Source: Octopus vulgaris (Eukaryota). Taken from it: a stretch of 64,000 nucleotides of DNA. Where the stretch lies: positions 14,446,001 through 14,510,000 of the forward strand of contig OX597814.1 of NCBI GenBank assembly GCA_951406725.2, read 5' to 3'. Positions 24,870 to 38,792 of the stretch are shown in pieces. Position 1 is the stretch's first letter. Each line of letters opens with the position of its first letter. The notes beneath the pieces were generated by a model. That model was not told where the DNA came from. It did not search any database and saw only the letters and a program-made list of their open reading frames with translations. Position numbers and translations under genes: made by a program.

Positions 24870-26545
24870 TTTTCACTCACAAATGTGAATAGATCTTTGA
24901 CCAGGAGGAACTGATATCATCAGACGGTATCCAACGATTATTGTGTTTTTCGTCCCTGAACCGTAAAATGCTCCCCTTAGTCGGTCAGCAGAGGTGGCCA
25001 AATCACTGCTCCTCATTTCATCCTGGCTTCCAGCTTGACTCTTCTCTTTTCGACCATAACCAACAACAGGCTCTTCCATCTGCCTCTCCCATCCTGCGCA
25101 AAGCCACCCTTAGCTCATTTCCTTTCATTCCGATTGCTGTGAACATCTTGCATACCGACTGCGCAGGAATCCCCTACAGCTAGCCTCGACTAGGAAAAGG
25201 CGTAACTGCTATCCTTTCTCCCTGCAGTCGTTGAGAATGCTCTTATACTTGACATGCTTCAATTCGAGAGCCTGATCACACACGTCTTCCCATGGGACTG
25301 TAAGCTCAATCGAAATCATTTTCTTGGTCTTTTCAGACCACAGAACCTCATCTGGCCTCGGTTGTATGGACAACCTGGGGGAAACCTGCAGTCTCTCTCC
25401 CAGATCCACTTTCATATCCTATGATTAGGCTCCATGTAGTAAGCTATGTGTCTTTTTAGTTGTCCTTACCGCCTCTCTCCCTCTTTCACAAGCTTAATTG
25501 CTGGTGTTGCTTTCTCTTGATGGTGATGTTTCTTGAGCCTTTCCTGTTCCAGTGTGTTAGCGAGTCTTGTAAGCTATATATCATGGCACTACCTGTATCT
25601 CCTTTGTGAAAGCACTATTTTGTACCATGGCAATATATGTGACTTTCTCCACAAAGTCTACAGAGCTGGTCTTCTCTCAAAACTCATATGTACAGGTTTG
25701 TTGGCGTTGGGTGTGCCTCATACAACGCCCGCAGCAGGAAGGAAATTTGAAAAGGATCCAGTCATTACAGATCTGTCCCTTCTTAGGGAGGCTCCGTTTA
25801 GTTTAGTCCAGGCATCCTGAGATATTATCTTCACAAATTTTAATCATTTTCTTTCTTCCTACTGGTTCTGCACTTCTACCCGAATCATGGCCATCTTCTC
25901 CTTGGTGTCCGCCTTTTTCCATTGTTAAAAATGAGAAAACAAGAGACCCTGCCACCATCTGCATATGACTCGAATGAATGACACGTTGCTCCAGCATGCT
26001 TTCAGCCGGTACGACTGTGGTGCTAGCTCTAACTTTCACCCGGACCTTGTTGTAATACCTGCATATCCGACAACCTCATCCTACAAGTCTCAGTACATCA
26101 TTATAGTACGACATTGAGCGAATTTGAATTACTCCATTAAGGATGACAGTAGGAGCTGTAGTTGTCCCAAAGTTATGTACAGGCCTATTCACGTGAAGGT
26201 TTAGGACACACCCAGCCATAGTAGGAGGTATTTGTTTACCTTCCTTTCCACACTTTCCACGCTTGTCATTGGAATTTAATATACTGTCAATAAACATATG
26301 AGTCTTGAAAGTAGCCCATGTTACTAGGGCCATGCCATGTATTTTTCTGGAAAACCTGATCTTTAAAATCTCCTCAGCTACTCCCCTGCTTGATTCTCAG
26401 TATTGGTGATGTTGCTTCTGTCCGATTGCAAATCTAAGACATATGATCGGATTTTCTCCCACTGATGGAAAGGCCTCTCCTAACCACAATGCTCCTAGAT
26501 CTTGGAGCTTCAACTTCATTCTAGTCCATGTTGCCATTTATTCAA
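24870..26545 (-). mobile_element. HERO-like RLE non-LTR retrotransposon, 5'-truncated and decayed
   Basis: RLE domain RPDEVLWSEKTKKMISIELTVPWED...KY. Zinc-finger-adjacent RYR.CHD remnant. Short A tail at ~24865-24873. Confidence 0.85.
24895..24995 (-). ncRNA. Rearranged (non-circularly permuted) hammerhead-like motif in the HERO-like 3' UTR, partly decayed
   Basis: Minus strand: GCATT-TT-ACGGT...GGAC-GAAA-AACAC...ACCGT-CTGATGA-TATC. Confidence 0.55.
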
Positions 26546-26849
26546 TACAGTCAACAGACGTCCATATACATATCTATGAGAAATAATTAAGATTCAGTTG
26601 AATTATGTACTTTCACTGGTCGATTAAATGAAGCGCCAATGCCTTGAAAACCTTATTCCATAGTTGCTTTATATTTGTGTATATATATATATATATATCA
26701 AATATACCACCCTCTTACCGCCTTTTCCTGTCTCATTATATATTCATAGATATTGATATATAATTTATATGTTTTATATACACGCATACACACACGTGCA
26801 CTATGCAGAAATATATAAAGCGACAGAATAAAAATTTCAATGATGATGA

Positions 26850-27550
26850 GAACAAACTGTAAGAGATATCGTTAAGACCAATAGTTGAGCTACGTTGGGA
26901 GGTACCTGATTTACTAAATAGCGTGTGTGTGTGTACATGAAAATTCCCTTGTGAAGCGGCAGTGACATATAGGAAAATTTTTCTTAAGAAAGAAGAATGA
27001 GAATGCTCGTCACCAGTTAAAATTTCCATGTGAATAATAGAAAGATGCTGTCAAGTTGGTAGTGGCTTCTTAGCTTGGAAACAGGGAATTTGTTAGCACA
27101 CTGGTTAATGCAATTTTTCGTTAAGATATCTTTGCAAGTGCTAAGGAAAAGCAATAGTCTCAGAGAACTGTCCTCTGGATATAGAACGTGTTGTCTGTCC
27201 GTGGTGCTCGCTGCAGTTCCGATATAAGAAAAGATATGGGTATACGCCAAATACGGGAATTAGTAGCGAGTGTTGAATAATGAGTCATTCCAACAAATGT
27301 ATTTTGAATCGTATAGCAATGGAAATATGTACTGTAATGATAGTAGGCTTACGATATACAGGGCTTCGACCAAGTAAGCAATGCAAAACGGCAGTGAGTG
27401 AAACAAGTGGGAGTAGTGGGTTGGTAGAAAATAGTGAACGTATATTTACTTGGTAACTTACTTAAACGAATGCAGGGACGTGATAAGTGGGTTAAATTGG
27501 GGTTCGGAAAGAGACGCCAATCAAGTGTATTCACTAGGTCGAAATGACAG
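26850..27550 (-). mobile_element. Penelope-like element GIY-YIG region, heavily decayed
   Basis: SYIGTA and TWKF/WEIL-like remnants in the same order as in 33930-34570. (TA)n on both sides. Confidence 0.5.
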
Positions 27551-27574
27551 ATACGAAAAGGAATTTATGTGTGT

Positions 27575-28052
<478 letters not shown>

Positions 28053-29039
28053 CCATACGTACGGCCATACATAAGGAAATGTACACATATACACATGTGA
28101 TACAGACAGAAAGTGAGGAAGGAAATAAGAGTGAGAGATAGGTAAAGAAAGAAAGAAGGAAGGAGATACGGATATTTTGCAATTTTATAAACAGATGCTA
28201 TGTGCGCGTTATCGCTGAAATGAATCTGTCATATGTGTCGCCAGACATATAGCTGAAACGTCTATAGACACAAGTCATAACACACTGACAAATGCGGCAT
28301 TAAATAGGCATAATTGTATGTAATGTGCATCAGACAGAAGAGTAGTCTCTTTTACATAATCTCAAACCTGGATCTGACATAAAGTAATGACCTGTTGTTC
28401 TCCTCTGTGGGAGATGAGTATTGAACAAAAACCATTTCATATACTCAAGAGGTGACTGTGTACAAATATAGAAATGAGATGTTCTTTTATATGTGATCGT
28501 AAATCTACATACTGACACGGGAGACCTATACGGTGCGTTAGAAAATTATCAAAACACACAAAAGTGTAAATATTTAAAATACACATGCACATTCACAAAC
28601 GCTGGCACAATCATACACATTATACACAGTATACGTACATACAGACACGAACACAACATCATATACAAAAACCAAAACTACATACAACGTCATTTAAATT
28701 TTTTTCCTTTCGTGTTAATGAAAGATAATAGAGTAGAATTTCTGCTATCACGCCACTATAATTTTACATAAAGTTCTTAGCAGACCATTAATGCCGAATA
28801 ATTAGTCTCTTAAATAGCGAGTTAATTTTGATTGGCTAAAATATATTAGATTCAATAAACACTAACATTTTGCAAGAGAGCAACAGTCTCCTCTGAAGTA
28901 ATAACATCTTGGTTCTTAATTTGCGTAAGAAGCTTCATGTCGAATAAAATTTAAACATTCATTGACTTAACCTTAGGTAATGACGAGATTTCTTCAGTAG
29001 ATTTCACAGTGCTTTGCAACATGGACACTGATGTTACCG

Positions 29040-29186
29040 TATACGATAGTTAGGATGATGCTCCGTCTGAAATGTTAAAAGAATTAAATACAGAACGTAT
29101 TCTCTTCATGAGTCGTCCATACTAGGTGGCTTGGACCTCAGGAAAGACAAAAAAGGCAATGGGATGATGATCGGTCGGCTAATAGT

Positions 29187-29229
<43 letters not shown>

Positions 29230-30765
29230 CGTTACCTGGCTCATCTGAAGTGATCTTCATCATGCACCGAATGGGTTCGTTGCCGAGTTCTAAAAGATAT
29301 GGTTGAGAATTAGTGTTGCGAAGACTAATTATAGAGGAATTTCCTTGTTAAAAATCTATGCAGGGTGTCTGAAAAAGAGACATAGCAAACTTTTCTATCT
29401 CAAGTTTTCTAGAGAATAGTGTCGCTTCCATCTTGGACCCAATCGGCGAGAAATTCTACTGCAGGTCTTTGAAAATTGTCAAGAAGTGTACGCTTACTTT
29501 GTAGACCTCGTAAATCCATATGACTTCGAGTCGCAGAACATACTGTGGAGGGTTTTGCAGGAGGTTGGGATTAATGGGGCAACTTCTGATCCTTTTAGGA
29601 ATAACCAGATGTTTGTGTCAGGTAAACGATACCATGTTGGAACATTTCAATGTGCATGCAAAACATCAGCATGGACGTAACGGTTTTCTAAGCGGTAGAA
29701 CAATTGGCAGGGGTAGGATCGGTCGGCTAATAGTTGCATATATATATATATATATATATAGCGTTACCTGGCTCATCTGAAGTGATCTTCATCATGCACC
29801 GAATGGGTTCGTTGCCGAGTTCTAAAAGATTTGGTTGAGAATTAGTGTTGCGAAGACTAAGATATTGGTCCTCTCAAGAAACTCGTCCCAATGCTCTTGA
29901 CATATTAATGAAATATGCATGAGAAAAGTGCAGAAGTTTAAGTATCTCAGAAACGCATTCATAAGTGATGGAAGATAGAAGGCTTAATTAGATGCTAGAA
30001 TTGCAAGTGATGGCACAATAATGCGCCAGATCCAGGATTTGATCCTCAGAAGCAGAGAGGTTGGTCGAAAATCAAACTCGCATTCTTCGATTCGGTTTTC
30101 GGGCGTCTTCTCACCTATGGTCATGAATGTTGGTTAATGACCGGGAGAGTGCGATCTCGAATACAAGCGGCCGAAATATGGTTCCTGCAAAGGATCTCTT
30201 GGGTAGTGTTATTTAACAGGGTGCGTAGCTCAGAAATAAGAAGCCTTACCAAGTTGAACTGCTACTTCTGTGCAGTGAGATGTCACAGGTCCAGGACAAG
30301 GGACATAAGCATGTTGCAGGAAAGGATCACAAGACAGAATCTTCAAGACAAGCCAAGCGGTATGACACCTGGCGGCGAGCTGGGAGAAACGTTAGCGCAC
30401 CGGGCGAAATGCGTAGCCGTATTCGTCTGCCGCTACGTTCTGAGTTCAAATTCCGCCGAGGTCGACTTTGCCAATCATCCTTTCGGGGTCGATAAATTAA
30501 GTACCAGTTACGCACTGGGGTCGATGTAATCGACTTAATACCTATGTCTGTCCTTGTTTGTCCCCTCTATGTTTAGCCCTTTGTGGGTAATAAAGAAATA
30601 GGTGTGAGACCTAAGTGTAGGGCCAGACCGAAATGGCTGGATAATATCCATATCTTCGATTGCTTGTAACCAGTGCTAGGACCCCATGAAGGAGGTATCG
30701 AGGACTCTGCCTCAATGACCATCCTAAGAAAAATGAGTAGAGAAGATGGATGGTTGGTTGGATAG
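29040..30765 (+). mobile_element. RTE-clade LINE RT/3' fragment, interrupted by a duplication and a SINE
   Basis: NYRGISLL, YAYFVDLVNPYD, KFKYL and RSRIQAAEIWFLQRI motifs. (GATG)-like tail at ~30746. Confidence 0.85.
30371..30600 (+). mobile_element. SINE family A solo copy inside the RTE
   Basis: Full head to tail. Degenerate 12-bp TSD GGTATGACACCT / GGTGTGAGACCT. Confidence 0.92.
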
Positions 30766-30852
30766 ATGTGTGTCTATGTCCGTGTGTGAGTATATGTGTC
30801 TATCCACTACTATATTTCCCTCATACCCCGCTTCTCTCTTTCTCTCTACGTT

Positions 30853-30919
<67 letters not shown>

Positions 30920-31175
30920 TTCTCTCCCATCATATGCTTTTGTGTACAAGCTACTGATTGTTTATGAGCAACGATTGCACCCTATTCATGATATTGAGAT
31001 ATCTAAAAATAAAGTTAAGTACGTTGTTGTTTTAGGTTTTACGATGTATAAAATTAACTGTGCTATCCTTATTCTAAAACATAATTGCCGCCATAATTCA
31101 CTGGTTTTTAAATATGAAGGTGCGGCTATAAAAATACCCAGAAACACACTCATAGACACACCACACGCACACACA

Positions 31176-31214
<39 letters not shown>

Positions 31215-31640
31215 GCACGCACGCACGCGCACACGCACACACACACAAATACGCACGCACGGACACACACACATACGCATGTGTGGATATTGGTGTGCAG
31301 GACCGAAACTTGCAGTATCATTCAACTAATTAACTTATGTAAAATAATGTTGTTCTCTGTACTTCAAGCTCCGCCCCCCTCTTCGCAATTTGTTTTTGTG
31401 TGTATGTATGCGTTGTATATGAGTGTGTCGCTGTACAGGAAAATCAAGGCATTTTATGAATGAATTTATGGGACTTATTTTTATGACAGGAATAAAAATA
31501 TACTTCCTCATACAGCCGTGGTATGTGTGAATTTATAGATATATACGTGTATCTCTGTCATAACTTCCTGCAGAACAACACTTTTATACATAACTATATT
31601 TGCATCGATTTTAAACGTATACACACACAGAGACGGTCGC

Positions 31641-31680
<40 letters not shown>

Positions 31681-31682
<2 letters not shown>

Positions 31683-32003
31683 CAAGAATGTTAGAGGTTA
31701 TGAATCCAACCAACTAAGGGATAATATCTATCCAATATACTGCCGGTAGAATGCCCAATTATAAATACACAAGTGTTTTTTATTGCATTGAAATTACATT
31801 ACCTAGAGTAATAAAATGGGTGACGGTAAAGAGATATTTTACCATTAATTTATAGAGCAAGAAGAAAATAGGGGGGATCAATAGGTGGGCCATCCACTTT
31901 TAGACATTAATTTTCATTTTAGTAAATTAATAAATAAATTGACATAATGCAATATCTAAAAGTTGATGGACCATCTATTGATCCCCTCCATTTTCTTATT
32001 GCT
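31681..32003. mobile_element. (TA)n-embedded element ending in a ~53-bp-arm hairpin
   Basis: Segment 31856-31908 is the diverged reverse complement of 31951-32003. (TA)n on both sides. Confidence 0.6.
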
Positions 32004-32062
32004 AAATATATATATATATCTGTGTGTGTGTATATATATATATGTATGTATGTATGTGTGTA

Positions 32063-32126
<64 letters not shown>

Positions 32127-33143
32127 GTGCTTATAACTTCGAAAAAATGTCTGTATATGCATCTATTCACATCGCTTTATCAGTGTCTGAGCGTGTGTTG
32201 GTATTTCAGCAGTTCGACAAATAGAATCCAAATACATGTATTACAATTATATTAATTACATGTTATATGTTCATGTTCAACAAAAGCAATGCTCCTCAGA
32301 GTGAACTTTGCGAACCCTACCATCGCTGGTAAACTTTTGCATGGATTCTGAGACAAAGACAAGCAGTAGGCGAGGTGAAATGTGCCTTTCTACATTTTCT
32401 GAAGTTTTTGTCACTTATTTTTGAGTTAACTTTAAAAATATTTCAGTGTGATATGATAAACCGCATGTTATTCAAAATTCAAAATAACAATAGCTACATG
32501 AACCGTATTAACAACAAATACAGATTTCAAAATATAAACAATAAATGTCATAAGCGAATATATACTACGTATGCATGCATATTATAACAATAAACTAAAC
32601 CATAATTTATGAGAATGCGTCACTATTCGTGCGTATTTCCATATATGAAATAAAGATGCTCACAGCACTTGTAGCACAATGTAAATTGATATGTGCGTGC
32701 AACTATATTCATATGCACACACTTAAATCTGGTTCATTCTATTAGCGAACATAAAGAAAATACAGTTAGATATCACAATCGGAATAGAATTTTCAAGTAC
32801 TGGCTAATGATGGGGTATAAAGAATATGTACGTGAGCTTGACCGAATCTACTTGTAAAAGGTTATACTAAACTAGTGCTGCAATATGTGGAAGCCCGCGC
32901 CATATTCCTTCGTTGATATTGCGTAATATTACATATATGTCTATAATGTAATACGAGCTTGAAGCACAGTCATGTAGCGATGAAAATTGTTAGTAAAAGA
33001 AAAGTTGTAATTGTTTGAAAGAGTCTGAGATGCCTCTGACAAAAACCTTAGAATCTTTGTCAAATAACCGCCATTCTGAAATGTCTGGAAAAGAGTAGAA
33101 TGTTAAGCTCACGCGCACAAACATAGATGTTCGTATTTCTTGG

Positions 33144-33183
<40 letters not shown>

Positions 33184-33246
33184 CATATCAAGAGAGACAG
33201 ACAGAAGAGCGGGCGTAACACAAAGAATTACAATTAGGTCTGAGAC

Positions 33247-33293
<47 letters not shown>

Positions 33294-33429
33294 TGTATCT
33301 GCGCATAACATAGAGGTATGTCTTCATATATTCAGAAGGATAGACACGCACACACACACACACATATATATATACACAGAATATCATTACAGAATACCGA
33401 TATAAGTGTACATGATTTCATAACTCAGG

Positions 33430-35755
33430 AGCAGTTCAGGAAGCTAGAAATTACGTAATAATTGTGGTAGTCAGAATTTTCAGATGGAGTATGAAAGATG
33501 CAACCAGTAAACATTAACACAGATATATTACAATAAGTCCGGCTTCCCTCATCAAGAGAGAGTTAGCAAAAGCAGTTCATATAGTAGGGCCAGAGATTTA
33601 AATATTGAAGAGAGAGAGAGAGGAGACAGAACAAGTACTAAACCAGAGGGAGAATAAGGAGAATATATGTTACGTAGGAAAGAGGAGCAGAGTTAGAGAA
33701 GAAGAAATAAGAGACAGGGAGAAAGGGGAGAATTCAATTCCTTAAAGTGAATGGACTGAGTTAGAACAGCTGAAACAGTGTGAGGAATGGAGAAGGTAAA
33801 GATAAGATCGGTGTCGTGAAATGGGGCGCCCCCGGTCTTAAAGAGCATCTCACCAAGCAGACAGTAATTCAGTCAGGGTCCACATCAGAGCAATTAGAGA
33901 TAACAAATCATATATATTTTACGAAATGGGAAAATGTGGAATAAAGTCTGTGCTTACATGGCAAGAAAACCTATTGAGTAACCTATTTCTTTATTACCCT
34001 CAAGGGGCTAAACATACAGGGGACAAACAAGGACAGACATAGGTATTAAGTCGATTACATCGACCCCAGTGCGTAACTGGTACTTAATTTATCCACCCCG
34101 AAAAGATGAAAGGCAAAGTCGACCTCGGCGGAATTTGAACTCAGAACGTAACAGCAGACGAAATATGGCTACGCATTTCGCCCAGCTTGCTAACGTTTCT
34201 GCCAGCTCGCCGCCTATTGAGGAACCTATTGAGTAACGAGGTATAACGACGGTAAAGTAAAGCGAGCGATTCCTTGCAACACAACTAGAAACACGGTTGT
34301 TCGTGTTTTACTGGGAAACCTCACAAACAACGGACTAGGTATAGGGAATATTCTGGGACTTAAGCTTGTATGTAGTCAGAGATGTAGAGAGTTTAGAGGC
34401 TGCATTTGAAAATGAATTAAGGTGAGCCCAATAGCAGTGCTTGAATCAACAGTGCTGCCAATAGAAACCCAAGCATTGTAGAGTTATTACCCAGCATTTA
34501 TATACGATATTAGTGCGTCAACAGAAACTACACGATGGTCATAGTTGGGAAACCCGACAGGTTTTTCCCACTAGCGGTCACGGGTTTTCCCATTAGCAGT
34601 GAGCTTATGATAAATCTCTATTCTGATCTGATACATATGATACCTTATACTTGAGGTTGCACCAGAAGCATTATCGTTACTAGTATGGGGATAGGAGAGG
34701 GAGTCACCGCTGCCACATGTGTTATGGTTAATAGTCCTGTGGGCGCTATTACTGGGGTTGCTATTATTGAGCTTGGTAGGATTCATGAAGCTCATTGTAT
34801 TAGTATCTTGCGAGTTAGGGTGGGGGTACGGCCCACAGTAAGGCGGCTAAGTTTGCGCTTATTAGAAGAGGCAATCATAGCTCCCATATTTGGTGTTATA
34901 GTAAAATATATTTTAATTAAAGATTTATTTAAGAGTAGTATATATGGTGTGGTAGTAAATTAGAGCTTAGTATTTTGAAAAATAGCTTGGCTAAAGATTT
35001 AACCTGGTGAGAGAAACTTGGCGCAAACAATAATATTTTCAGTTTCTGCTCTTGGGGGGCTTAGAATACGGCGTAGTGACAGACCGGCTACCCTGGGGAA
35101 GTTGGAGATTATTAAACATCCAAGGTGGGCGGAATATCAGGAGAGTACTGGTCGAAGATGAATTCTGTGGCAGGGTGGCAGGATGTGTAAGGGTAGAGGC
35201 AAACCTGGTGGGCTTAGATTCCGCTTTGAGGAAGGGAAGTATGAGTTTTGTTTTGTAGACTAGTATGGAGAATATAGGAGATCGTCTCACGAAAGCTGTT
35301 ACCGGGGACAGCCTGGTTGATGTATGGTACAAGGTTATTAAAGATATGTTCCAAAACTGATAGGTTAGAAATCCCGATAGAAACGCAAGATGTTGCGGTT
35401 AAGGGCAAATCCGAGTTGATTAGACGGGCCATTGATGTATTATAACAACTCATTCGATTTATGGTAAGGGTAACATAAGTTTGCATCTAAGAAGAATCAC
35501 ATCTAAAAAGAAATAGCTAATTTAGTGCTATTTTCGAAAGAGACAGAAAGATTATAATTGAAAAGAACTTATGGAGGCCCTTCAGGGTATGTTCAACGGG
35601 CGTGGTCCCGTAATTCCTCTATAGATCTCTTCGATATAACCATGGGTTCTTTCATCTAGTCGGCTCCTTTTTTGAAAGATTAACCTGCACTTCCCTAGCC
35701 TATCCGGAGGTCTATACAGGGATGATGCTCAGCTCAGCCACTGATGTCTGACCGT
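33430..35755 (-). mobile_element. Penelope-like retroelement (RT + GIY-YIG), 5'-truncated with 5' inversion
   Basis: Minus strand: FLDV, YPYHKSN, TPNMGAMIASSNKRKL, NIVYKC..SIGST, LCCKE, LLNR, CKHR. Plus strand 35575-35750: LFDITMGS...GGLYRDDA. Confidence 0.85.
33985..34214 (-). mobile_element. SINE family A solo copy inserted in the PLE endonuclease
   Basis: Matches the array unit. AACCTATTGAGTAAC is duplicated at 33968-33982 and 34223-34237. Confidence 0.92.
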
Positions 35756-37135
35756 CCGTTATAAATATATACTGTATGATTTTTAAAATGTAATGCAGTT
35801 AAAATTAACGGTATTTTAGACATTCCAGAAGTACAGAAGTCTTTTACATTGAGTAGATTTAAATCATGTTAGAATAATAACTGGATAATTATGATGTGGC
35901 GGTAAATTCAAAAGTAAAATTAGGGCGCTGTTTTTTTTTTTAATATACATAAGCTGTAAAGGATAATGGATACAATAAATTGGGATTCAATAAAAGATAG
36001 AAGTAAGAATATTTCCCCATTTAGCTAATTCGATGTATGTTATGAAAAGATGGTTAATACGGGAGTAAAAGAGAACAATATGTTAAACACAGCTAATTCT
36101 ATTCGAAATACACTGATTTGAATAATAGCAATAAGAAGGAAAATAATCCCATAATGAATCGGAAATTCTAGAAAATATTTATTTAACAGAAAATAATTTT
36201 CGTCTTTCAAATCATTCAAAGTAGTGAACTTGCGTGTTTACAATTGATTGTCAGAGAAAGAACATTTTATAAATCACAAAATAAGAAACATGAAAGCAAA
36301 TACTCTACAGTAAATGATGTGAATGCATCAAAATAACGTTAATTTATAATTTATTAAAGTTATTATTGTTCACAAACATACAAATTGGAATACTGTTTAA
36401 AAATATAAAAACATATATGTGGGAAATCTGTGACAAGGAAATTTTATATTTGAACAGTGATTAAATATATTGAAATAAGTTAAGACAAAATAAAGAGAAT
36501 GCAAAAGAACTATTATTATAAGCTTAATATTATTAGATAATAAGCTCATGTATTCTCAGACTGTTTGTCGCTAGAAAGAAAAATATTAGACTTGAGGTAG
36601 GTAATTATCTTTAGTTTAATCACGAGTTTCTGAGATTAAACGGCTTAAAATACGTTTGGATCTTTCTCTATTGGCATGCAGATTAACATTTTGTAACTTT
36701 CAGATATGGTAATTTTACAAGTTGTGTAAACTTTAAAATGAAACTAATTATTATAGTATACTTTACGTTATATAGTAGGTGTAGGTTGACGTAAATTATT
36801 CAGTAAATCATAAATCTAATTAATGTTTGAAGCCATTTACTCATTCGTATATGGATATATATATATGTGTGTATGTATACACACATAAACACCCACGCCC
36901 ACGCACATACTAACAAAAACACACATGCACGCGCTCACACACACACGTATATTTCTGTAATAGACTGCTGCGGATAACGAACGTATTTCATACCACTGCA
37001 GTTCTTTTGAGAAATCATTCTCTGTAGCAGTCTCCAGGAATTTCTAAGGGATTACAGATGTGAAAGAACGAGAACCAATAATGTAAGGTGAGTAGATGTC
37101 AAATTGGCAGCAGCAACATCAACACAGGCTGCAAC

Positions 37136-37145
37136 ATTATTACTA

Positions 37146-37213
<68 letters not shown>

Positions 37214-37214
37214 G

Positions 37215-37246
<32 letters not shown>

Positions 37247-37292
37247 GGTGGTGGTGGTGGTGGTGTTGTTGTTGTTGTTGTTGTTGTTGTTA
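37136..37292. repeat. Compound trinucleotide (ATT)n(GTT)n(GGT)n(GTT)n
   Basis: Direct reading. Confidence 0.95.
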
Positions 37293-38378
37293 TGGTTAAG
37301 CACCCAATAGCACTTCGAACGTTGAAAGCAGAGTTTTAATCTTCCCCAATGGTGAAAAGTACGTTAAGAACAAATGATGTATACATTTGATAATCATAAT
37401 TCTTCCTAAGTTTGTTCTGTATATCATAACCAGTAATACTATAAGGTATACAAGTAAGTAAACCGCTATATGAATAAGTAGCCCATTGAATGAGAATAAT
37501 CTATATGCAGCTATAATCTGAACCTGTAATAAATACTATATTATATTGTTGTATAGTATATATGTGTGTATGTGTGTGCGTGCGTGTGTATGTGTGTGTC
37601 TGTGTGTGTATGTGTGTGTGTGTGTGTATTGCTTCAAGTGATAGTGAGATATCTTGACCATACTGAGATTTGTTGTGACAATGCACCCTTTGCCGGGTAT
37701 TGTTTATGCGAAAGATTTTATCTTGGCTTCGTGTAGCGATTGTGCTTTAGTATATTACTTTGAAAATATTGCTAATATAAACACATCAGAATGGGCTTTG
37801 TTGTACTTATTGAAGCGAATTTGTGAAGTCAGAATTCATGGCAATTGCTGTTGTTTAACAAATGAATGAGTGCAAATGTGTAAGGAAGAGCGAGTTATGG
37901 TATTGTATGAGGAGTTAGCCTGAGATAATATTGTATGAAATGCTGACGTTAAACAGTATGCACTGAATGGTAAATAGAAATCAATATTGTATATTGATGG
38001 ATTATGCAAAATGTACAGACGGACATCAAGTTGACCAGCAGAGACCAAATCAAAGCATTTACCACTACAAATAGCATGCATGAGATGCATCCATTTAATT
38101 ATTTCCGCAAAATTCTCTATCGCTTCAGTTGAGTGTTTTAGCATAAATGCTGAATTTTCTTTTTAAAATAGTTCCAAACAAGTGCAAGCACTTTTTTTTT
38201 AAGTTACGAAATTTTGCGTGATCTAATTCACGTTCTGTTTACGATCAATACATTACACACGTTTATATAATGGTATGCAATATGTTCCTTATTGTTTTTG
38301 CATCTATTCCGCTGTAATAGTGTAATCTTATGATCAAATGCCTTCCAGCTCAGAAATTCTCTACTTCTTTTTTAAATG

Positions 38379-38792
38379 CAGGAGTGGCTGTGTGGTAAGT
38401 AGCTTGCTAACCAACCACATGGTTCCGGGTTCAGTCCCACTGCGTGGCATCTTGGGCAAGTGTCTTCTACTATAGCCCCGGGCCGACCAATGCCTTGTGA
38501 GTGGATTTGGTAGACGGAAACTGAAAGAAGCCCGTCGTATATATGTATATATATATATATATGCGTGTGTGTGTTTGTGTCTGTGTTTATCCCCCTAGCA
38601 TTGCTTGACAACCGATGCTGGTGTGTTTACGTCCCCGTTACTTAGCGGTTCGGCAAAAGAGACCGATAGAATAAGTACTGGGCTTAGAAAAACAATAAGT
38701 CCCGGGGTCGAGTTGCTCGATTAAAGGCGGTGCTCCAGCATGGCCGCAGTCAAATGACTGAAACAAGTAAAAGAGTAAAGAGTAAAGAGAGT
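38379..38792 (+). mobile_element. tRNA-derived SINE family B, full length
   Basis: Close match to 20398-20838. Confidence 0.92.
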
